Shown here piece after piece: positions 54,619-64,000 of a stretch of 64,000 bases of DNA. Below the pieces are notes generated by a model. The model searched no databases and had not been told where the DNA came from. It saw only the letters and a program-made list of their open reading frames with translations. Location of the stretch: positions 1-64,000 of the forward strand of contig MU619286.1 of assembly GCA_025201805.1 (NCBI GenBank). Direction: 5' to 3'. This DNA is from Parasitella parasitica NRRL 2501 (taxonomy: Eukaryota > Fungi > Mucoromycota). Numbering within the stretch: position 1 is the first letter of the stretch; each line of letters starts with the position of its first letter. The translations under genes were made by a program, and so were the position numbers.

Positions 54619-57600
54619 TGTGCGTTGTAGAAAGAAAAGAGAGAATATTTGATTGCAACTATCTCGCAAACCAGTATTTATACCAAATGGATCAGAAACT
54701 ATACCATCCCCTTTTCTCCCTTAAGATTACACAAGAGAAAATGGTTCGCTCTCTGTCTGTCTCTGTTGATGCCGTACAATGATTTACACATACATCTTGA
54801 TCTTTTTTTTAATTTTTTATTTTTTTATTTATTTATTTTTCTATATGCAAGTGCCTCTCGATACGATTGTACACTGCAGCTACATGTATCTTTTTGCATT
54901 TAAAAATCTCTGTAGACAAAAATGACAGGCACAGTTTCATATAAAACCCGCATCATTCATGTACAACTCTTCAAGTAAATATCTTTTTAGATGAAACTGT
55001 TTGTTGTATTCGTCAATTGTACCACCCAGTTGTTAAACTTGTCGTTCTCTTTTAGAAGTATTGCGGCTCCTGCTTTTGAATTAATGCAGCCAAACGGCTA
55101 CTAGATCAGAAGTAGGGGCGGTTCATCCTTCCGGTTTCTAGAGGCTTTATCAAGAATCCTTGTTGGTGCACAGTTTAAAAATAACCAGACCGAGAGACAA
55201 GATGCGGACAACCGTACAAACAGGTTATAAGAATGCACCTTTGTTTGTGTAGTCTATTTTTTTTTTTTTTTTTTTTTTTTTTGCTCGGTATACGGTAGCA
55301 GACTAAATGTTCATGTCAAATCTGCAACTAATTCTCTATCATCTTGATCCTTATCATTGCCCTGAAGACGTTTTTATTTTCATATTATTTATTGTATTTT
55401 AGTCTTTTAAACTCGTTGTCTGACTATAAGAGTCATCATGATAGTGTAAACAACAAAAACAAAAGATCGTTGGCAATCGATTGCATATAATGTCGTCAAA
55501 TGACAAGTACTAGCAGGTCCGTATATACATATTGTACATCATGTACGCTGTCCCCTTGAATTGTACTAGAAACTTGTTACTATTCGGGTCATTCTTTTTA
55601 CATGTCATGTAAGCCAAGTCAACGGGACCATCGAAAAGGTCAAAAAGAAAGGGGAAAAAGATGCGAAAACGCTTTCTCTATTTCTCGGCCACTTTTTATA
55701 CATCAACTCTTGTTATTAAACTTGTTTACGATGATATATATTATTGTTATTAACGAAATAACAAGTTTTTTTTTTTTTTTTTTGTTATAGTCGAGAGCCG
55801 TGTGTAATAACCAAGGGATATATTTACAGCTGGAATGTATCGATATAGCATAAGGTAGAAGGCTGATCAATACATGTATATTAAGACAGATGCGTTCTAT
55901 ATAGCACCATCCCGAATACTGCAAGATATTCTTGACATCTGAGGCAATGTGTTCTCTACCGATCATAACATTCAATATAATATGACGTTAATGTAACTGA
56001 ACTATAAACACGCATCTACACAAATAAACAAAAAACCGGTTTTTTTTAGACCATGTCCTGTATTGTACACATAAACAAAAGCACAACGAGATCAAGAGAG
56101 CCAACAAACACAACAACACCAAAAAAAAAACTGGGCTTTGTTGGCATGGGTGAACTGATAAACAGATCCGATGATGCCGCTTGTTCGGATGCCACATGTG
56201 TGTAAACCTTGTTTTTGCGTTATAGTTTTTAATACAAATGTCAATTATCAAAAACAAATAGTAAAGGTCAGTGGCATCTACTGCACACTTCAAACCATTG
56301 GAGTGCATTATGTGAAAATATGTGTACAGCATACCATACGCTGCATTGTTATTGTAGCAGCATTTGAAAATACATCGAAACCTAGAGTTACACACCTGAA
56401 TATCATAATTTTTTCCGATTGCACCTTTTTGGTGGGAAGATTCACAGCAGTGCAAGTTTTTTTTTTTTTTTGTCTTCTGGATCAAATAAGTCAATTGAAA
56501 AATGTAACACTACAAAAATACGTGGGAAGCAATATTATATTTGCGCTTAGAACATGGATTTTGGAATGTTTGTCGTAGCACCGACCGCTTGCTTTTTTGT
56601 GCCTTTTTTTTGTTGTTGTTATTGTTGAGCAGTTGAGAGCATAGCACAATAACTGACTAAGCTACTAGTAATAAACTCATCATCTTCAATGATGTATGTG
56701 CCAGAATCCTTATGCTTAAATGCACCAGAGAGAATCGGGCTATTATCTGTATTCTATATCATGAAGAGGTTTGCATCTATATCATGTATGGGTCGAGTGC
56801 CATATAAAAAAAAACTCTTTGTTTTTAAAGAGCCTATATCTTGTTACACCTACACAAAATACAAGTTTTCAACAGTTGCTTGAATAGATTTGTTTGCCTA
56901 AAATTTGAAAGACAATATTGAAGGCTGATGAGGAAAACGACTCTAGTCCCAAATGTTGCAAGCTTATTTCGACAATTTAGTATTGGCAACTTTAGCAGAC
57001 GCTGCTGGAGGTACCTACAGAGTAAAGATCAGAAAGGAAAATCCAGACAAGAAAATTAGTCTTGAGATGTAATAGAGGCTTGCCTGGCGATAATTCAAAT
57101 TCCACAAAGGAAAGGTGATATTGGCCAGGCTTGCCAAGAGCAGCCCAAACAAAAGGCGAGATTTACATCAAAATTATTGACTGCCAGAGTGTATGGCATG
57201 TTGTGCAAACAAGTACACAGCGGCCTATGATATTGGGACATGCCTCCAAGGTTTTGTAAAAGCATACAACTAAAAGCGTGTCAAAAGTACCGCCTCTCGC
57301 TGTCATTGCGTGCAAAGGATGCCCACATTAGACACTTGATGTATAAGATCTCTAGATAGTCCGTGCAGCTTAGCTTGAGACCATCTGAATAGCATTTCAA
57401 GATTAGATATTATGACAGTTGATTTATTGCCAGTGAGTGTTATAAGCAGCGTCTCAGGGGTAACGCCTACCAAGTAGAATGCAGAGTACCGTATAGTACG
57501 GTAGCAGAATGTGGATTCTCGTGACTGTAAGCATAGTTTTTTTTTTTCACCTTCCTCTTGGCCCTCATCCCCTTTTCCCTTTTTTTTTGTTTTATCAATC

Positions 57601-57619
57601 ATAATAATAATAAAAAAGC

Positions 57620-60600
57620 ATGGCAGAGGCTGACAAGCTTGAAGACGCGATTCAAACCGAAATTCCATTCGAGCAAGAATACAGCATCCAAAAGGAAGCA
57701 GCATCTTTACACGAGGAATCAGATGCGTTTCGATTGAATATCGTTAAATCTTGTAGAGAGGTTTTTTATGGACAAAGATCAACAGCCAGTTTTGTTAGAC
57801 TCGCGTCTGCTCTCATCCTCGACAAGCAGGACGAGCTCAAAGAGTACAATCTTCCTGTCAAGACATACTACTTTAACAGCATAAAGTCCTATGAGAATCT
57901 CTGGGATGAGGTTTTTGAAGTGAAAAAGACAAACGAGGACCGACAGAACTTGCCAGACCCAGAAAACATACGCAAATACAAATTATACACAACTCGCCTC
58001 GTAAACATAATCAAAGGACTAGTGGTAAAATCTCTCTCTCTCTTTTTTTTTTTTTCCTTTTCTTTAATAACAAAGCATGCCTGGCAACCCTCGTTTTTCT
58101 TTGCGTTATTCTATCGTCGTGTTGACCAATGTAAATCAAGTGCAATAATACTCAACGCAATCATTGCTCATATCGTAGGATTCCGGAGCCATCTCCATCG
58201 GCGAATGCAAGCAGAATTTTCACAGTGGCCTCTTGTTTGAATGTGGATATGTGACAAACCATCGGTTGTTCGACCGTCGACTTGTGCGCTTAAATACAGC
58301 ATTACTGTAAGTCTCGCACTATGAGCCCCTCAAGCATGTTTTTTAATGCTATGCTAGTTACAAGCAAGACAAGTACAACTTGTCAAGAGAAGCGAATGAA
58401 GGCTATGCTAGTCTTTTCAACGATCTTACAACTGCAAGCATCGATAATGAACGCGATGTCAAAGGAAAGCTTGTCGCTACTCCTTTAAACAGGATCCCTC
58501 TGTTTCTGGAAATCATCACAGCACACATGGGCGAATTTCACCTTGATCCTAACCGCGTGCTTGACATTATCCTCGATTTCTTCATTCGACAGCTGACGGT
58601 CAATTACAACTTTTGGGTGGAACTCATCAAACAAGCAGATTGGATCCAAAAGATAAAAAACCAAGATGGCACAATCACTTACAAGCCTAGTTCCAACATG
58701 GGTCAATTATTTGGCTTTAGATTCTACAATTATCATGTAAGTGTCTGACATTTTGTGCAGCACAAGAACCCACTAAGCGCCAAGCACTCTCTAGATGGAG
58801 TACATTTCAGCACCAAAAGAATTATATCTCTCTATCGCAATTCTTTTAAAGAACAATCTGCTTTTATTAGGTGATTTAATACCTTATGTAAGTATTANNN
58901 NNNNNNNNNNNNNNNNNNNNNNNNNNNNNNNNNNNNNGCAAATAGCAGATATTAATCGATTTCGATGGTTTATGCAAAATTAGCTTTTCCCCACTGAGCA
59001 AGAAATGGAGGAAGCTAAAAAACTATACAATACCAACATGAACAAAGAGATTAGCACTAATTCAGCAGGCGCTTTGGCCGTAAGTTTCGCGTCAATTTAT
59101 TACTGGTATAGATGACTCACGCCAAAAAAATAGTTTTATGGTGCATTAGGAGAGGAAGGAGCAACACAAAAGCTTGACAGACGTCAGCAAACAGCTCTTG
59201 AAGAGGCTGAAGACGATGATGTTATGGAAATCACAAAAAAATACGCTGCCAACGATGTGGTTGAACTGACAAGAGCGTTAATATCTATCGGCGATCTCAA
59301 AAATGTAGAAACCATTTTGGCACACTATGACAAGTTGATAGATGTGCATCCAGAATTGGCTCATGACATTTACCGCCTGTGCAAAGCTGTCTTACAGCCT
59401 GCGTTTGAAGCTTTTGCTTCTGCAAAGACCAAGAAACGTGTCAACGTCTTACGAGAACGCGCACAACAATCGCGAATGAAATCAGCATTGACAACAGCAG
59501 AGAATCTCAATCCAACCATTCCTGAAACAATCAATAACAAGCGAGTATTGGTGCTCGACGCCCTCCTGGACGGCACTGAAGATCTTGTCAAAAAGGAAAG
59601 ATATGTCTTTTTCTACAAAGAATGGCGCCAAGAGCTTCCTCAATGCACTCAGGTAGAGCATCTCACATCTCGTTTTTTACCTTTAATGCGTATGGCTGGT
59701 TATAGAACGCATTTGGCAACGGATCTGCTACAAACACTCAATTATATCTTGGAGGGCATAATTGATAGCAGCTCCAGCATTGCTGATGGTCGCTTACACT
59801 GCACAAACATGCTTCGAGAAATCGTATTGCCCTCCATATCATTCAGTGACCACAATCCTGGTACGATTGCGGATGCCTGGGAAGTCTGCTGTCGCCTCAC
59901 ATTCCAAGAGCGCTATGCTCTCTACGGTGAATGGTTTAATGATTTTTACAAAAAGAACACTGAAACAAAACTACTCAAGGCTCGCACCGAAAGAGACATC
60001 AAATACATTATGCGGCGTGTCGCTAAAAATGATGTTCGCCGCTGTGGCCGTGATTTAGGCAAGCTGGCTCATTCAAATCCTACAATTGTGTTTAATATCA
60101 TGCTGGACCAAATCCAACAGATGGACAATCTTGCTACATTGATTCCTGATGCTTGTCGTTACCTGGGTGATTGTGCTTACGATGTACTTGGTTATGTTCT
60201 CACTGAAAAGTGGACTGGATCTCAGGGCCCCGCAAAGATGCTCAAAAAGAAGGAAAAGGACGATGGCATGCCTGCCACATGGTTACGTTCTCTTGCTGTG
60301 TTCACTGGCATGGTCTTCAAGAAACAAAGCATTGACGTTACACCCCTTTTGCGTTATATTGCTGCTCGTTTACGCTATCCAGACTCTGTACCTGATCTTA
60401 TTTTGCTCAATGAATTTGTCACAAAATTAGGAGGCATCGAGATTCTCGGAAGTGCGACTACTGATGATCAGATAATAGCAGCTGGCTGTGCTGAATCTGT
60501 TAAATCAGAGGCCTTTTTAGCTGTTGACGTCGAAAACAGACGTGCCAACCGTCGTGTCCTGGAGCGTCTCAAGGAATCCATGCGTAGAAACAATGTGGGG

Positions 60601-63039
60601 TTAGAGATTCTTATCTTGACAGTCTTCTTGGAGGAATCAGTTCTCAACGAGAAGGGTGTGCCTGCTAGCGATAGAAGTGCAAGACTTGATCGTGTTCATC
60701 AAGCGCAGGCACAGTATTTTCAATTATTCACAGAATTATTCGAAGGAGAAGAATTTGCAGCTCTCATGCCAGATGTTGATGTGCTTGTAAAAGAATATGG
60801 GCTTCCTATGAATGTTGCCTTGAACTTCAATCGACCCAAGATGCAACTTAAACTCAAGAACAGCATTGACGTACCAGTCGTCGAAGGTCAAGTATGGGAA
60901 CCATTTCAGGAGCTGACCAACTCTGTGCCCAGTCTCATGAACAATCCTTTTTGGTTGGATATCTTTCCAGCTGAATTCTATGTTATCTTTTGGCAGCTCG
61001 GCAACTATGACATTTACTGTCCAGAATTGCAATACGAAAATGCAATAAAGATTCAAACTGAAATTATCCGCCAATGCCAAGATCCTCGAAGCCAGCTGTC
61101 CTTGAGCAACCGCCCCAACACTGTATCAAAGAAGGAACGTCAAGCAGAGTCGACATTGGAAGCTATCAAGAAGGATTTACGACAACACAAGGCTCATGTT
61201 ACTAAAATAATGTCCGTGCTGGAGGAATCCAAGAAGCGCTGGTTCCCCAATCTGAATCAACGCACTGCCCAGATTGCAAGCATCTTACAATACTGCTTTT
61301 TACCTCGTAGCCGTCAGTCAGAGATTGATGCCACTTTCTGCTACCAATTCACCATGTTGATGCATCGACTCAATGTGCCTCAATTCTCAAGTTTGACTTT
61401 GTTTGATAAACTGTTCTCTGATATTACGCCTTGCTTTATTGCTTTCTCCGAATATGAAACAACCATATATGCGCGATATATTTTCAAGGCATTCTCAAAG
61501 ATGCAAGCATGGCATAGCGACGAAAAACTGTACATGAAAGAAGCTCATGATGGCGTGGTTGGATTCCAAAAGAACTGGAGTGCTGTTCCTACGCCTGTCG
61601 AAAAGGAGGATTTACTCAGCTTCAACGACTTTCAACGTGTATTGCACAAATGGCACATTAAATGCACAGCCTCAATTACTCAAGCCCTCAAAACCGGTGA
61701 ACAGCATGTTATGAAGAATGCCTTTTTGGTGCTTCGTCAATTTGTTCCTTGCTATCCAGCAGTAGAGGATCATGGCAATATCATTGTTGGTATTGTTACT
61801 AAATTGGTAGAAGAAGAATCCCGTAGTAATGTCAAGGTATTGGCTCGAAGTTATCTTGCTTTGATCAAGAAATACAAGGAAAAATGGGTCAGCAAGAACA
61901 AGTTTTTGAATCTGAAAGAATCAGCACCGCCTGTCGAAATCAGAATCGCCCCAGCAGGTTCCAACTCTCCCAGCATTGCCTCAGCTACAACAGCCGCCAA
62001 TAACAATACATCCACCACTATCGCCACTTCAAGTAACTGCGCAACATCTTCTTCAGAGGACAAGGAAAAGCCATCCAGCAGTCGCCGCGATGAGAATAGC
62101 AGCAGCACTAAGAATGAAGATTCAAGCAGAAAGTGTGACAACACGGATAGTAAACGTTCGTCATCATCATCAAGAGCTGATAGCCCTACCCGACGTTTTG
62201 AAGATAAGCCCAAGAGCTCTACTCAACACACCTCACCGTCGAGATCACCTGACAAAAAACGCTCTAGAGAACAAGAACCTACTAGTAGTAGTCGATCTGA
62301 CAAGATTCTTCGCATTGATGAATCCAGCTCTGACCGTCGTCATTATCGCACTTCAACATCCTCTTCATCTAGCAGAAGAAACTCGCCACGTCGCACTTCG
62401 CCCAGAGATACAAAAGACAACTCTAGCCGTATTCATACTCCTTTACGCAGTAGCAACGATCCTGCTCGTCCGAGAGAAGTTGCCAGAGACGGTGGACGCG
62501 ACACTACCGCTACCCGAGATAGTACAAGAGACTCTAGCCGTGGATTATCAACTCGCGAAAATGACAGAGAATCTTCTTCTCAAGATGCAAATTCTAATAG
62601 AGAGCCAGAGCGTGACAATCGCAAAGATCCCTCTGCCCCTATTCCTCGAGGCCGTGGTGCTGCGTCTCTCACTCAAACCAGCCCTACAACAAATAGCCGC
62701 ATTGATGATCGCCTAAATAGACCTTCTTCGAGGACCCAAACAGACTTGAACAGCAGTAGCGCCCCCCGACGTGATGATCGTAGTGCAACCGCAGTTCGAA
62801 CAGTGACGATTGGATCAAAACGACCAGCTGAAAGTGAGAGAGATCGTGAACGTGATAAGCGTAGAGAGATTCGAGATGTTCGAAACGACCGAGTCAGAGT
62901 TGAAAGACGCCCTGATGACAGAAGAGCAGGAGACGATCGCCGAAGAGATGACAGAAGAGTAGATGACAGAAGATTGGACGACAGAAGAGTGGACGACAGA
63001 AGAGAACGCGAAAGACATGATCGTCGCAGAAGACACTAA
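57620..63039 (+). CDS. THO2: THO complex subunit 2, multi-exon, with an assembly gap inside an intron
   Basis: YKQDKYNLSREANEGYA, GEFHLDPNRVLDIILD, RYALYGEW, LGKLAHSNP, FYVIFWQL..YDIYCP, LQYCFLPR and an R/D-rich tail. Confidence 0.93.
58898..58937. other. Assembly gap (N run)
   Basis: n characters. Confidence 0.95.
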
Positions 63040-63570
63040 CATAGCTGTCTAATGTCATGGTTAGTTAGTTTGTAAATTAGAAAACATTGCTGTTTGCATG
63101 CTTGATAAAATGGTAGAAAGGCCCATTTGTCTGGTGCCAAATAAATGTAATTAAAATAAAATCAATTTCTTCATGATAGACTCAGAGTAAGACGCAAAGG
63201 AGGGAGTGTACATGCTTTCGTTTTATTATGGCCATGTAGCTCACAAATACACGTGTTTTGAAAGAATAAATTGGATAAGCAAACGCTCGTTACAATTTAG
63301 CTAGCCTTGGTCTATTGTTGCTTTGAGGCTTTAAAATTTCGCTTCGTCACAGAAAGAAGCATTTCTTCCTGAACTGCCTGTACCGCGTATACCGTATACC
63401 GTAACAGTTCCCCATATAACAAGATCAATGCCTTCCAACACTTGACGGTGACTGTTTGCCCTTTGTCAAGGATACGATTCCCGTACATACATTGAATTTT
63501 TCGTATTCCCCCCCCCCCCCTCTTTCAAATTATTCTTGTTTCAATTCAAGATACATTTGCAAAAAAAAAA

Positions 63571-64000
63571 ATGAGTAGCGAAGTTGAATCGAAAGGACGA
63601 TTTGACGCCTTGAAGCAGGCTGAAGCAGCAAGAGTATCTACTCGTGCTGGTGGTGCCTACATCCCACCTCATCGATTGCGTCAGTTGCAACAATCTGTTA
63701 AAGACACGAGTAGTGAAGAATATCAACGTATCACTTGGGAAGCTCTCAAAAAGTCCATCAACGGTCTTATCAACAAAGTAAACACATCAAACGTCAAGAT
63801 GATTATACCGGAGCTATTTGGAGAAAACTTGATTCGTGGACGAGGCCTCTACTGCCGTAGTATGATGAAGGCGCAACAAGCAAGTTTGCCCTTTACGCCT
63901 GTGTATGCTGCAGTTACAGCAGTTATAAATACCAAGATACCAGACGTTGGTGAGCTATTATTGACTCGATTAGTTCTTCAGTTTAGAAGGGCATTCAGAC
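63571..64000 (+). CDS. CWC22: Pre-mRNA splicing factor Cwc22 (5' part, runs off the window)
   Basis: TRAGGAYIPPHRLR..EEYQRITWEALKKSINGLINKVN..ENLIRGRGL. Confidence 0.95.
   Translation, partial: MSSEVESKGRFDALKQAEAARVSTRAGGAYIPPHRLRQLQQSVKDTSSEEYQRITWEALKKSINGLINKVNTSNVKMIIPELFGENLIRGRGLYCRSMMKAQQASLPFTPVYAAVTAVINTKIPDVGELLLTRLVLQFRRAFR

Noticed and set aside
54670-57600. Expected position of a carB phytoene dehydrogenase
   Set aside because: No GxGxxG FAD-binding ORF or any long ORF is present.
62900-63020. GACAGAAGA-type tandem repeats as a CRISPR-like array
   Set aside because: They encode the DDRR repeats of the Tho2 tail and have no unique spacers.

Overview
Eukaryotic, gene-dense fungal DNA with many short (~50-60 bp) GT-AG introns. 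Gene content and style fit a Mucorales fungus (inference; species not identifiable). About 28 protein-coding genes are supported, including a Trm140/METTL2 tRNA methyltransferase, Pmt, Cks1-like, Bet1, GH16, MedA-like, a Zn2Cys6 TF, a P5 ATPase, an F-box protein, Chl1, L-LDH, eL42, mitochondrial LeuRS, Cnx1/gephyrin, an NSUN-type m5C methyltransferase, a GNAT, a CarRP-like protein, Tho2 and Cwc22. The most notable feature is a 1,528-bp non-autonomous PIF/Harbinger-type TIR element (3785-5312, 24-bp TIRs, TTA target duplication). Its only cargo is a decayed, intron-containing Fanzor1 (eukaryotic TnpB-like RNA-guided nuclease), followed by a candidate omegaRNA region. Also notable are a CACTA-type MITE with 87-bp perfect TIRs, a three-copy dispersed non-coding repeat with an X-box-like core, a CarRP-like paralog with no adjacent carB, and a P5 ATPase with a Cys-rich signal-peptide-led N-terminus and an atypical M4 motif. 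Exon boundaries were read by eye and are approximate unless stated.
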